Source: Kondoa subrosea
Taxonomy: Eukaryota
Direction: 5' to 3'
DNA length: 64,000 nucleotides
Assembly: GCA_039545335.1 (NCBI GenBank)
Contig: BCIN01000002.1
Coordinates: 2,386,678-2,450,677 of the forward strand
Numbering within the stretch: the stretch's first letter is position 1; every line of letters starts with the position of its first letter. The translations under genes and the position numbers were made by a program. A model generated the notes under the pieces. It ran no database searches, had not been told where the DNA came from, and saw only the letters and a list, made by a program, of their open reading frames with translations. Positions 12,435 through 25,021 of this stretch are shown here, one piece after another.

Positions 12435-14917
12435 TCAGCGACCCCACTTCTTCTTCTCCAAATAGCGAACAGGTAGGAAGACAATAGCAGTGAAGGCAAT
12501 CGCTAAGGGAAAGCCGATATCTGTTAGAGACACAAGATCAGCACTGTTTCGTCAGTCTTTCCCATTGAAAATTGACCTGTGCCAAAAGGGCCAGAACCGA
12601 TTTTGCTATAGGTGAAATTATGAGCACAGAAAATCCTTGTAAAGACATTGACTTACATCGCTATCGGTCCAACGAAGAAGCTTGTGCTGTTCGACAAACA
12701 TAAGGATGAGTATGGCAGACGGATACCAGCTGTAGGTCCCTTACGACATGCCCGTAACAGCTCCAACCTGGTTCCGGACACCGCGTGAGCGACATAATTT
12801 TCGATTTTCAGAAAACTTACCCAGCCTGCACACAGACCAGCGAAAGCCGCAACACCAACAGGCAGAAAGGAAGGTACGTCGTATCTTTCCACGTCGTAAT
12901 TACTCCATTTTCCTTTGCGGAAAACCAAATGCTCGATTAAAACTGGTGAAAATGCATCAGAAATCATTCAAATGACCCCAGATTTCGCCTCCATACTCAT
13001 GGTACAGTACATGGACAGCCAGTAACCTAAAAATAGCAGAAGATTATCGAGAATCTGCTTGAAGCTGTTCTGGCCTGCACACGCCAACACCGTGTACACG
13101 ACGGTAGCAAAAATTGAGAGCGCAGGTCGAGGAATAGTCTGTGCCCAAGGTCCGAGGACTAAAACAAGCCAGGTTTCGATCAGAAGGAGCTTTGGCAGGC
13201 GGGAGAATGATAACACACCATGGAAGGTCATGGCGAAAGACTAGTACAGGAGTTGAATTAGAAGAGATCGCTTTCTCAGGTAGTTGACATCAAACTTACA
13301 TAGATGTTTGGAATGCTACAGCAGATAGGAAGAATAGACATGAGCGAAAAGTTTTTCGAAAGCGGAAACAACTCTTCACATACTTGTTTGCAATACTGGA
13401 GAACTCATTGAAATGAGCTACATGTAGACATCATAGAAGGGCTTGACTGACATGCTCAAACCGAGAATGACCATCAGGAAAGAACCGAAGCCACCCATTG
13501 GACCCTCAAGAGCTGCGCCAAGCAGACCACCAATTGATTCAGCTTCGTATGCTTCACCCCAGGTCGTCTTGTTGTTGAAGGTTGTCATCATAGCTGCGCC
13601 CAGCAGTTCAAGCAAGATCATAGGGATATTCATGCCAAGATAAGTCCAAAGGAAGAGCTTGCTTGAGGATGCTTCAACTGGCATATTGACAGTGTAGTCG
13701 CCTGCCAAGCTTGACCAGCCAAAGACGAAACCGACAATCGCGGCGCCGAAAGATAGCACTCCGGAAGCTGCATCTACTCCGCTAGCGGTGAACGATCCAC
13801 TCTCGAAATATCGAGCTCCTTGACCAAGAACGATGAAGAAGACTGGAAATCAAGCGTCAGCGAGTCATGTTCACAGGGAATAAAGACAACTTTTTACTTA
13901 CTGACTGCAACAGGGATCCAACTTTTTGAGAGACTTCAGATGAGCGGGACAGCTTCCATTACAGCTAAACTTACACATATCGCTCGTAGGCGTGTACGAA
14001 CTTGTAGCCAAAGAAGGAAACAATGAGGGTAGCAACAGCGATAATGATGATAGCTGCAGTCAAGGGCAATTTGTGTGATTGTGTCGAAGCTGTAAGAACC
14101 AATCCGCCTGACCAAAAGCTTAGGAGCGTTCTGATGCAAGCAATGCCACCAACATACCAGCAATAGTGTTGATGACCGACCAACCGATGCAGGCGATAAG
14201 ATTTAAAATAGTTGGAATACTGTACTCGAAGTCAGGTCATTCTCTCACAAGTTCGGAATAGCGTACTATACTGCGTAATAGCCAAAGGTGAAGCGGGAGA
14301 AAGCCAGAGCACGAACACCAAGAGCTTTTCCAAAAGTAGCAAAGTAAGCCGGTACAAGAGTAGTAGCCAAATTAAAGAAGAGAATGGTCAAGGCAGCGGT
14401 TTTGAAGTCCATACGCCAGACGGAAGCGCCTAATGTACCAAGAGCAAAAGTAGACACGGTACAATTTGCGCTCATCCACAGAGTAAAGTTGCTACAATAG
14501 TCAATTGAGCAAACGTATGGCGAGCTGAGCATCACAAACTCACTCCCGAATAGCGACATGATGCCTCTCGTTAGGCGGAACTCTTTCAATTCCTCTAGCT
14601 TCAACTCCATATTGCTTTTCAAGGACATCCATCACTGTTACGCATCAGAGAAATTTTGGAAACGCTACAACAATCGACTCACCTCGCCAAGCAGGAGCCA
14701 TAAAACCAGTTCTGCCTTTAGCACCAACTGCTTCATATCGCACACCAGCTGCTTCCTCCATTGACCCTTTCTCGGCGTCATGTCCAGCATATTCAGGATG
14801 AACGCCATGAGGACTGAAGATTCATGCGATAAGCTATTTTGGACATTCAGGGAAAGCGAAATATATAAAAACTTACTCTGCGGCTAAATCCGACAGTACA
14901 GCAACACCTCTTGACAT
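12435..14917 (-). CDS. FCY2: Purine-cytosine permease (NCS1 family, Fcy2-like), many exons
   Basis: NFTLWMSANCTVSTFALG, LSFGAAIVGFVFGWSSLAGDYTVNMP, LDNLLLFLGYW and C-terminal DIGFPLAIAFTAIVFLPVRYLEKKKWGR*. Multiple TM segments. Confidence 0.88.
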
Positions 14918-15097
14918 GATTTGCACTTGTTAGAGTTAAGTAGCGAGAGATAAGTGATCAGGACAAGAGAGAAGACTTGACGAAGTGCGTGAGGGAAAGC
15001 CCGGAAGTTTTACAGATAAGCGAGAGACATTAGCGGTCTCAGCCCCGACTATCAATTCATCCGTTTCTTCTTCGACCTACCTTAGACGCGATTAGCA
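14918..15097. promoter_or_regulatory. Putative bidirectional promoter between FCY2-like and FCY1 with GATAAG elements
   Basis: 180 bp between the divergent ATGs. GATAAG at 14949-14954 and 15015-15020 matches the fungal nitrogen-regulatory GATA factor (AreA/Gat1/Gln3) site. Confidence 0.55.
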
Positions 15098-16007
15098 ATG
15101 CTACCACCACAGTCTCCAGAGGATTCCATAGGAACACCGCCAATAAAAGCAGCTAGTGAAGTTCGTTCAGTCAAGATCCCTTATCTTTGAAAGCGGCAGA
15201 TCTGTTGAACCCATTTTTTGTTGCAGTTTGATCTCACAAATATCAAGCATGCTATTTTAGTGAGCTTGTAGCTAAGAAACAACGCAAGCAGCTGAAGATG
15301 ATTATAGCAAGCGAAACTAGGTCTAGCGGAAGGAGGTGTAAGCTATCCCTTCCCGACAGGATTTGCCAAGCTTGATACTGGAATAAGGTCCCCATAGGCG
15401 GATGTTTGGTAACGAAGGACGGTCTGGTATTGGGCGTAGGGAGGAATCGAAGGGTACAAGAGAACAGCGCGATCAAACATGGGGAAACGGACTGTCTAAA
15501 GTGAGACCTCGATCAATTTCCTCTGCAGAGTATGGTCTGATTGATAATGAACAGTAATATCGGTCGATTACCCGCTTGGCGCTTCAAGGGCACGACAATG
15601 TATACCACTTTGAGCCCGTGCAGTTCGTCTCGATTCATCTGCCTACTGTATGGTGTCTGATATGTCCGCAGCAATGTGTTCTGGAGCAGTAGTCCTCTTC
15701 GGTATCGAGCGAGTAGTAATTGGCGAGAACAGTACGTTCGTAGGAGGAGAAGCTTTCTTGTTCGTTTCCCCCTAATTTGGCCAGACGCAATTGCTGAAAG
15801 CACACGTAGGAAGAGTAGAGGAGTAGAAGTCATCAATCTTGACCTACAGGAGTGCAAAGATCTAATGGCGGAATTCATCAAGAACAAGCCAGAGAGTAAG
15901 CTTCCTGTGATGCAACCAAAGACATTCAAGCTGATTCGATTTGTATAGTATGGAACGAAGATATTGGTGAAGAAGAACATGCAGAGAGTCATAGCTTATT
16001 GCTTTAG
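15098..16007 (+). CDS. FCY1: Cytosine deaminase (zinc-dependent, fungal type)
   Basis: Spliced product contains QAKLGLAEGGVPIGGCLV..GRNRRVQENSAIKHGETDCL, TTMYTTLSPC/xMCSGAVVLFGIERVVIGEN, and C-terminal CKDLMAEFIKNKPE-VWNEDIGE, matching yeast Fcy1 HxE/PCxxC and W-x-EDIGE motifs. Confidence 0.93.
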
Positions 16008-16366
16008 TCTTGAATGTCCATATTGGCCAAATTAGCAGATAAGCAGCCAGTATCGCATTGCTGTCGCGTTGAGACTTCCTGTAGAGTCATAGAATATGGC
16101 TGAGATACAGATCGCAGTCTTGCTGCAGCGATTACCACTGGGAAGTGTCGAAGCTTTGAGAGAGGTCCAGGAGGATTTTGTGTCTAGGATTCTGTCATCA
16201 TACAAAGGCGCTCTGAGGGCTGGCCGAAAGAGAGATCAAGAATACAGGATGTCTCCTATGAGACGATATGCTGAAATGGCCGCTGTCAGATGAAGAAGGT
16301 CGAAACACAGCATGATGAAAGCTTCATTACGTAAGCCAGGATAATATATACAATGACATGGATCAT

Positions 16367-17404
16367 CTAAAACCTCTGCTTCATCCTCCCTTGCACTTGT
16401 TTCAAGTTGTTGTACACCCTGACATCAACAATGAGCAACGAATTCACCTGAGGTATTAAAATAACTCACTTTCCAGGTGGACTACCTAAGATGAGTGCGC
16501 AAATCGCATCTCTAGCAATCTTGATGCTTGAAAAAGTGCCCAGAATATGAATCTTGCTATCGGCGAGAACGATTCGAGTTCTTGAGACGTTCTCAATGGT
16601 GTACCTCGTTTTCCCATTCTGACCCGCTATTCTACCTATAGCTCTGGATAAATGATCTCCATGAAGAGTTTTTACGTCTTTGATCTGTCGAATTGATAAG
16701 TACAGCTGTAAAAAAAGAGGCAAATGATGCACATACCTCGAAGGACTCGATATAAAGATCATCCATTCTCACTAACGCTATTGCATCTTCCGCTGCGAAT
16801 CCCAAAGCATAAGCAGATAGGAAATCTGCCGATTTCTGCAAGATGGTGTTTGGCGGCGATATTGTATGTTTCGATGTCTGCTCCAAATGGATCAGCATCA
16901 ACTTACCCCCTCATGAACTTGTAAATAGCTTACTTTGAGTTCTACACAACGTTTCTTTGTATTCATCCGTATTTGCAACCCACATTCTTCAACTAGAGGT
17001 GTATAAATCTTAACCCAATCTTTTTTCAACGGTGTCAGTCTATGAGGTGGGATAGGTATCCTTCTTTCTTGTGTGATTTGCTTAGTAGCATGACTAGACA
17101 ACGCAGGGAAAGCTAAAGGATGATCTTGTTCATCAGTCTGCATGAGTTGCTGTTGCTGCTGAGGTGCTACAATTGGAACAAGTAATGAAGAAGGATCGAT
17201 TTCCATAGCTTCGTCGTCATCTTCATCATCATCATCTTGTAGATCTGCTGCAGCTTCTTCTGGTTCAGGTGAGAAAGCAGATGTGCTGGCTTCAGGTTGC
17301 GAAACTGGTCCAGGCAAGAAAGTGACTTCTTTCGCTTGCTTCTTAGCTTGCTGAGTTACAGAGGAGATCTTCTTGCCACTCTTGGCTGCTGAAGCGTAGG
17401 ACAT
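16367..17404 (-). CDS. PNO1: Pre-rRNA processing KH-domain protein Pno1/Dim2
   Basis: [76 protein letters not shown]. Confidence 0.95.
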
Positions 17405-17689
17405 CTTGATTGACAATGAGCAAGAAAAAAAAAGCATCAACCTTGGAGAGGGAGTCGGTGATGCCCGGAGAGGCCATTGAAGAGGTTGGTGACGAGAATG
17501 AGAGCGATTGACGGTGGTCGACCCTGCTCAGCCAACTCTTAAGCCTTGCTACCTGCTTCTGTGCTGTCTTCCGTATAGCCTGTTAGTTGCATATACCAGA
17601 TTATCGCTCGGTACTTATAGCATTCCCGTCGCTTTCAGTCGAAACCTCGCTTCAGCCCTTTCTCTGTCTTCCTCCTATTCCATACAACC

Positions 17690-18664
17690 ATGGCTGCCAA
17701 CCGCAAGAAGGTGCTCCTCAAAGTAAGTGTATCTTGACTCTGTGCTGTACTATGGCTCACCAGCCGTCCACAGGTCATCGTTAGTCTGGTGCTTGACTTC
17801 CAATTAATGGATTGTACTGAGCGCTTCACCACAGATCCTAGGCGACTCTGGTGTAGGTAAATCATCCCTAATGGGTCAATTCGTCAACAAACGTTTCAGC
17901 AATCAATATAAAGCTACAATAGGAGCTGATTTGTTTGTTTCATAACTCATTTCCTCTTATGTCTCAAATCTCTAATGCAAATAAAAACAGCCTGACGAAA
18001 GAGGTCATGGTGGATGATAGATTAGTTACGATGCAATTATGGGACACAGCAGGTCAAGAACGATTTCAATCTCTAGGTGTAGCTTTCTATCGTGGTGCGG
18101 ATTGTTGTGTTTTGGTATACGATGTCAATTCGGCTAAATCATTCGAAACGTACGTCCTGCTTCTATGTGATCACTTGATAGCGATTCCCCATTGATGGAG
18201 GGTGTACAGTCTTGATTCATGGAGAGATGAATTCCTCATTCAAGCATCGCCAAGAGATCCAGATAATTTCCCCTTCGTGGTTTTGGGCAACAAGATTGAT
18301 ATGGAAGAATCGAAGCGTGTAGTCAGTCAGAAGAGAGCAATGACTTGGTGTCAACAGAAAGGCAACATCCCTTAGTGGGTTGCCCGATTATAGAAGTATC
18401 AGACTAGTACTGATGCTTTTGGTTTCGTCGAACTCACAGCTTTGAAACATCAGCGAAAGAAGCTATCAATGTCGATCAAGCTTTCCAAGCAGCTTGCAAG
18501 AATGCTCTACAAGCAGAACCAGAAGTAGACATGTTCGTTCAATGCCTTTCGGTTATCAGCATATCTGATTCCACAGGCGCGGAATGAACAGGTTCGCGGA
18601 GTACACAGACCCGATAAGAATCAATTCGGACAGCAACAGTTATTCTTCAGGTTGCTCTTGCTAG
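17690..18664 (+). CDS. YPT7: Rab7/Ypt7 small GTPase
   Basis: [61 protein letters not shown], and C-terminal CSC prenylation motif. Confidence 0.97.
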
Positions 18665-18988
18665 AGGGGATTGTCCCCTTTTTTCTTTCGTACTGCTCTC
18701 GTATAAGACAACTGTACTAATGCATATTTGGCTTTTCACTCATTGATCCGCTCAATTTTCACTGCTTACTTCATTGGACAAATTATCTAAACACGATCGA
18801 CAACAAGCAATGCACATATGTATAACAAGTATTTACCCTATTTCTGCAGTGATCTATTCTATACATAATCCTGCGCGAAGCCCCACGAAGGTGGTGAATC
18901 CCATCCTTCTACATAATTAACGACTCTTCCTTGATCCTTCGTTTGATAACCAATCACATTTAATGCTTTGAGAAGATCTCCGCTCATC

Positions 18989-19996
18989 TCAGCGCCTTTT
19001 CGAATCTTTCCATTGCCGATATCCCAGAGTCAATGCCAAAGCAGCCCCTGGTCCCAGCAACACACTTGCCCCAAGCATAAGTACGACCACCTTGATTTTC
19101 CCTAGTACCGTATCACTCAATGTCCAAGCCACGAAACAGATCAGTGCGGAAGTAATCAGTGCTTGATCGGCTAAGAAGAGTCGATGAGCGTCTGCTGCGA
19201 ATCCAGTAGAACGCCGAGTAGTTATTAGATCGAGTAAAGGTAAACCTGAAGTAAGAATCTTGTATTGACCAGAAACGGATATGATGAATGAAAAAGCGTA
19301 GGCGAGGAAGAGTGGGAGGGAAGCGCTTGCTCGACGAGGTAGAATGAAGGAGAATAAGAGGTTGGCTATTGATGCGATTGGATAGAGGTACAAAGGAAAG
19401 GGCTGCCAGATTGATAAGGCTTGATACGACCAATTTGTGATTACGACTTGATATGTTGTGTGCCAATAACTAATCAAAACAGCGAGAACTGAAGCCCATG
19501 CATTCGATGCGCTCAATCCGGTCAGAAGACGTTTTTGTGGCCGAAGATAGACGAGAAGGGCGAGATAGGCTGGAATGCACACTGCAGCTGAAATGACTTG
19601 ACCGCAAAGTAGAGCTAGAATTCCCGCGTAACTTGCTAGATCTGGTATGCGCTGTCGACTATCGATGGTGATGAAGAAAGTGATTGTACTGAAGAGCTGA
19701 GCGAAAGATCCTGAACCGTACTGCTCGCCAAAGCTCTTGCTATACTCTTTGAAGGGCATATTGATGTAGCAGAGCAGCTCATTCAGCGACTTCGGCAAGA
19801 ATGCATAGAAGTGAGTGTCAACGTTGTTGAAGCAGGCTTGCGCGCTGATACTTGGATCTTGAAATAACGGCTTCTGGCAGCCTTTCCCTCTATATCAAGC
19901 TATGTCCAACATCTGAACCGTTTACTTACAATAGCCGAGAATGATTACTACAGCCAAGGCTGAATGCGCCAGGAAGAAGAGACTTGCTGAAGCCAT
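18989..19996 (-). CDS. Multi-pass membrane protein of unknown function
   Basis: 269-aa hydrophobic ORF at 18989-19798 plus an upstream exon MASASLFFLAHSALAVVIILGY ending in a GTAAGT donor. Contains the motif SIWQPFPLY. Confidence 0.7.
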
Positions 19997-20707
19997 AAAG
20001 ACGGATGCTGGCCAGCTTGGACTCTTCTTCTACCTTGTTTGATCACTTGCTCCAGCTATATTCCTTGTATGTTCCGCACAATTTCAGATGCAACTTGAAC
20101 GCCAGATGCACCCAGGCCTAAAGCTTCAACGTTGCCCTGTTCGTCTGGATGAAGCTCCTCAAGCGACGATGACCAGAACGCGACCGTATGTGGACAAGAC
20201 AAGCTCGTCTGTAATTTGGAGTCTCTCTTTCGCAAACAATCAACATCCGATATCCCAGATCGAGATACCCAGGCTGCTCTATACCTCTCCGATATACACA
20301 AGGGCTCAGGTGCTCAGAAAGTTAAGGGAAGCGCTGCAGCTTGATTAAGCTTGAATTCGTGTTTAATGGACTTTGGACCCTTGTACGCAACGCATTGGTG
20401 CGACACCCAGATCTGATCTTGAGGTCTAATTACGCGCTGAAGTGATCTATTCCTTTCAAATATTGTTCTGCTTCTCTTCGGCGTCATTCGAGCGGTCATC
20501 ACTTCCGTTCCATCAAGTCGGCCTCGGTGCTGTCCGCGCATCAGCAGACTGATCTTGTCTAGCAGAAGTTGTTGCTACTTGACTGAATAGAAGAAGTTAT
20601 TGTTGTTACCTCACTGAAGCTGCAAGCGTAGAATTGGATCCAACTCGGATTCTCGACTTCTGATCCATTTCACTCGTGAGTCTCGCTGTAAATATCTGGC
20701 CCAGAAG

Positions 20708-21828
20708 ATGATCATATCCGATCATGTCCGGAGTAGAATCTACATAGGAGCAATGCAGAAATTATCGCCCGACATAGCAGCACGTTTACCCAGTGCAGTC
20801 GACAATCTACTGAAAGCAATGAAAGAAGGAGACTGGGAAAATATTGGCGCGCTGGACTCGGTAATATCCTTGGACCCAGCCAATGAAAAAGATCTTGAGA
20901 GATTACGTGCGCTGGCATACCGCCGGGTCTTCTGCGAAGCGCCTCAAGACATTTTCAACCTATGCAAAAGTATGCTGACCGACTCCTGTTCCGATACACA
21001 TGGACTTCAGCACCAGGGCGTAATAGCCTCTCTTACATACTCGTTATCTTATTCCAATTGGCTCAATTGTTTCGCTCAAAAGGATGCCCATCTGTTTCTC
21101 CTCAATTCGCTTCATTTCGTTCTTTCATGGTCAGCAATCGCATGCACATCGTTCACAGATTCCACAGCCCATGTGAGCGTTTTCATGGGCATGCAGTACC
21201 TGCTGTCAGCATTCAGCAAACGACCAGACCTCTGCAATAGCATTTGTAGGCACGCGGACGACTTTCCGGAATTCAAGCAAGATTGGCAATACGCTGTAGA
21301 TCTTCTCAACGGCAACGAGATCAAGGTTACTGATTCAAAATACGGCTCCGCCCGAAGAGTGGTGATGGCTATCAACCTGGCAACAGCTTATATCTGTCTT
21401 ATTCTCGGTCTCAGAATCCCGAATGACAAGTTGCAGCACTTACAGCTGTCCCAATTATGTCAGATCAAGCAAATTTCTGAGGTCGAAGCTCGCATTTCTG
21501 CCATCCATCAAATTAGTCCAATAAATGCACTTCGCCCCGTCAGAACATACGAATGTATTCACTGCACCGCCTACTACCGTCCACGCGATATGCAAAAAGC
21601 TAAGAATGATACGATTGCGAGCCAATTCAAATTCTGCTCCGGGTAAGTCTGATTGAAACAAGCTGCCATGAAAGAATAGCTTAATGGTTCTTACTAAACA
21701 GTTGTTCTGCGGCTATGTATTGCTCTCGTGCTTGCCAAGTGGCAGATTGGAAAGCTGGTCATAAGAAGCGTTGTTCTGGAAAGAAAAGCATCCAATCTAA
21801 AGAAGACATCGACGTAGGCAATGAGTAG
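20708..21828 (+). CDS. MYND-type zinc finger protein
   Basis: 312-aa ORF ends CIHC...KFCSG; after one intron it continues CSAAMYCSRACQVADWKAGHKKRC, the MYND consensus. Confidence 0.85.
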
Positions 21829-22212
21829 CTGATGAGTCAAGTGCTGTTGGTTTGGTATCCAAGTATCGGTAAAGGAAGGAGATGCTACAGCTTTCGATTG
21901 GTCAATGGGAAGAGTACTGCGAGTGGAAGTTGGGTTTTCTTTTCAATGGACGGTCTGCTTTAGGGGTTGCAACACAATCAAGAGACGTAGTATGGTCAAG
22001 ATGATCATGGATTTGCGCTTATCTGGAGGAAGTTCGAGATACCTGAAGTTGTGATCCCATATACATTTCTTAGTATTCATCAATACCGCTATTGGATTAG
22101 TTATCATTTGTAATCTTATGATATAAACAACAGATTGCTACCCCCTTGCGTCTGGTTTCTAGGTTCCTTCAATTTCGGCTCGAGCTTAGCTTGTTTTGCT
22201 ACGTCGACGATT

Positions 22213-23277
22213 ATGAGTGAAAGCGAAGCAACACCCAAGAGCGCTGCTCAGCTACGTGCAGAGAAGAGGAATGCAAAGATCAAAGCTGGAGCAGGCAGCA
22301 GAATAGCCAGTATCACAACTTCCGCTCGAGGTGAAGAAGGCAAAGCCTATCTCAACAGTACATCTTCTGTTTGTCTCGTTTCGGTCAAGACACTGACTTA
22401 TCCAGAATACATTAGAACCTACACCTTTTGAGAATAAGCAAGCACCAGCCAATGCAGGTTTAGATCCAGATGACATTGATCTCTCTTCCCTCGCACCATC
22501 AAGATCTTCAGCTCGTTCAGATCCTTTCGCAGCTTCTACTTTCCCAGAACTAGCCTCAGAAGGTGGTCCACAAGATTTAATGTCAATGTTGGCTTCTCTT
22601 TCAGGAGGGGGACAAAATGGTTCAGCAATGCCTGATTTCCCTCCTGAATTAGCAAATAATCCTTTAATGGCTGCTTTATCTTCTATGTCTGGAGCTGGTG
22701 GAGCTGGCAGTGGGATGGGAATGGGACCTGGAATGCCTACTCAATCTGAAGTGATGAGACCGAAAACATTAATGGAGAGATTGTTGCCAATGTTGCATTT
22801 CGTTAGTATGATTGGGTTAGTGGTTTGGGCTGTTATGGTTGGTGAAGGGATCAATTGGGCGAGATTACCTTTCAGAAGCGAGAGCACAAAAGAATGGGCT
22901 GCGGATGCGATTGGGATCATCAAACCTGTGGTCAGTCCACAAGTCTAGACTTCCATTGTTACTCAGCTGACCGCGGTGGGAACATGTAGCCATTGTTCTA
23001 CGCTTTTATTACTGCACAATTGGTATTACAAACAATACAAATATTCGTACAAAAGGTGATTGCTCTTCAGCATTATTGTATACAATACTCATTCCTCATG
23101 CAGCGATCTGCACCACCGCCTTCAATGCTTCAAAGCATTCTACCAATGATTCCGCATCCATTCGGCATGTACATCTCAACAGGAATCAAGTATTACGCGC
23201 TTTTCGGTTCCGTTCTGGACGATTTATCGGTTTTGCTGGTAGGATTAGGAGTTTGTATCCTTTGGCATTCTTTATAG
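22213..23277 (+). CDS. GET complex subunit Get2/CAML-like protein
   Basis: Basic N-terminal motif AAQLRAEKRNAKIKAGAGSRIASIT, a disordered M/G/P-rich middle, and three C-terminal TM segments. Confidence 0.65.
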
Positions 23278-23323
23278 AACGTTCGCAAATCCAAAATCCG
23301 AAATTGGTTGTGGTTGTCTTTTA

Positions 23324-23702
23324 TCATTCTTGAGTTTTAGAGGAATCGACTTCTGCCCATCGTTCACGAATCTTTTCTCTCTTCAGTTTGGCTTCTGCGT
23401 TGTTACTTAGTGCTTTCGTTTTCCTCTGACCGTTTATTCAGTATTGAACACGAAAGCTGAGTAACCTATGGAAAATGACATACTTCACCTCGAAGACACA
23501 TATTGAGTGCATTCTTCTGATCGTTGCATTTCCCATTAAAGCGTGCTAGTATTCCAGATTTATGACATTCTTCTAGCGCTTGAATGAACTCTGAGCAGAC
23601 TGTGCAACCAATAGTAGAGAGAGATTAGATTCACCGCGATCGATAGTATGAATAAGCAGGAGAATAACCTTGATGCTGATGTTGTACTAATGGCGGATGC
23701 AT
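23324..23702 (-). CDS. CMC2: COX assembly mitochondrial protein Cmc2 (twin Cx9C-type), 3 exons, intact copy
   Basis: Manual splicing gives MHPPLVQHQHQVCSEFIQALEECHKSGILARFNGKCNDQKNALNMCLRGERKTKALSNNAEAKLKREKIRERWAEVDSSKTQE*. Confidence 0.88.
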
Positions 23703-23804
23703 TGACTATGATCCAGAAGAAGAGTGGCTGCTAGTGTCCAAGCCATAACGGAATTAAATGTCCTAGGTTGATCTTGTCAGACCATCTCCTGCATCTATAC
23801 AGTA

Positions 23805-24972
23805 ATGAAACAGAAGCGGACTAAAGCCAATCGCAAGACGATGAATATCTACACAGCCTCTTACGGCTTCAGGTAGCTTTCAGTCTGTTCATCTGATCTG
23901 ATAAATCTTGCTCATTTTGCATTTTTCCTCTGCTCATAGAGAACCGTTCAGGATATTGGGTCAGTCTCTCGACAGACATGTCTGTAAACATGCTAAGAAT
24001 GTGAATTAGTGGATGCGGACTTTGCTTTATCTGTGATTGCGCAGAAGTTGGATATAGAAGACCGACTGAAATCTACGCTGTGTGGTGAAATCAACCCTAG
24101 TAGGTCGAGTAACAGGAGAGATCAATCATCCTCTGATTGAATTGGACAAAGTGATCACACAATGCTGTTTGAATCATTTGTATGATTTGGGACCTGATGG
24201 ACAACCTGCTGTTGAACTCGCTCGAAGTTGGACACGATGGAAATGCAATCATTGGCAGACGAAAAGTACAACAGCTGAATGTTTATCAGGTGTTATAGGT
24301 CAGTTTCATGACCATGTCTGAAGTGTAGAGAAAATTAAAGTGGTCGGTCTTTTAGGCGATACGAATGCAAGACAATACTGTCTAGCTACTCAATCATCAG
24401 ATCTCAGAGCAACATCGAGAGATATTCCAGGTCTACCAATCATTTACCTCAACCCACATTCAGTCTTGATTCTCGAACCACCTTCAGAAGCAACTATAGG
24501 CAAACGCAAACAAATTGAAGAAACAAAATTACATGCTTCAACTAGTGAATTACAAGATTTGCAAGCTGGAAACAATGTTATAGGATCTTCTTCTACAGCA
24601 ATACCTTCTATTTCTTCTACTTTAGCTCAACCAGTAAAAACTGCTGAACAAACTATAGCTGCAAAGAAAAAGAAGAAGGGTGGACCGAAAGCTCCTAATC
24701 CTTTGAGTGTGAAGAAGAAGAAGAAATCAACTGTCTCTGTTTCCAGTACTGCATCGAAAGTGAAAGCAAGCAAAGAGAAGCCAAAAGTCGCAAAGTCGAA
24801 ACCTGTCGATCCTGAAGCAACATCTTCTGAACAGATAGAAAGCGCGGTGGGGAAGACGCAAGAGAGTATATTGAGAACTGCAAGAGATGTTCGAAAACGG
24901 CAGAGGAAAAGAGCAAAGAAGTCTGAGCCTGCGAATAGCACGAGCGCTAGTGCGGCTGAAGCAGTTCAATAG
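23805..24972 (+). CDS. UTP23: rRNA-processing PIN-domain protein Utp23, copy 1
   Basis: MKQKRTKANRKTMNIYTASYGFR-EPFRILVDADF, VITQCCLNHLY, RWKCNH, YCLATQ, IPGLPIIYL..VLILEPPS, KKKGGPKAPNPLSVKKKK. Confidence 0.93.
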
Positions 24973-25021
24973 AGTAGGAGCATCTACTGCTATTTAACAT
25001 ATATATTTGCATTGTATTCCC

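Noticed and set aside
20056..20541. Short ORFs between the membrane protein and the MYND gene
   Set aside because: No recognisable motifs or consistent splice model; probably divergent promoter or UTR sequence.
24627..24969. Antisense ORFs over the UTP23 3' exon (also 30803-31202)
   Set aside because: These are shadow frames of Lys/Ser-rich coding sequence (poly-Phe mirrors poly-Lys) with no independent evidence.
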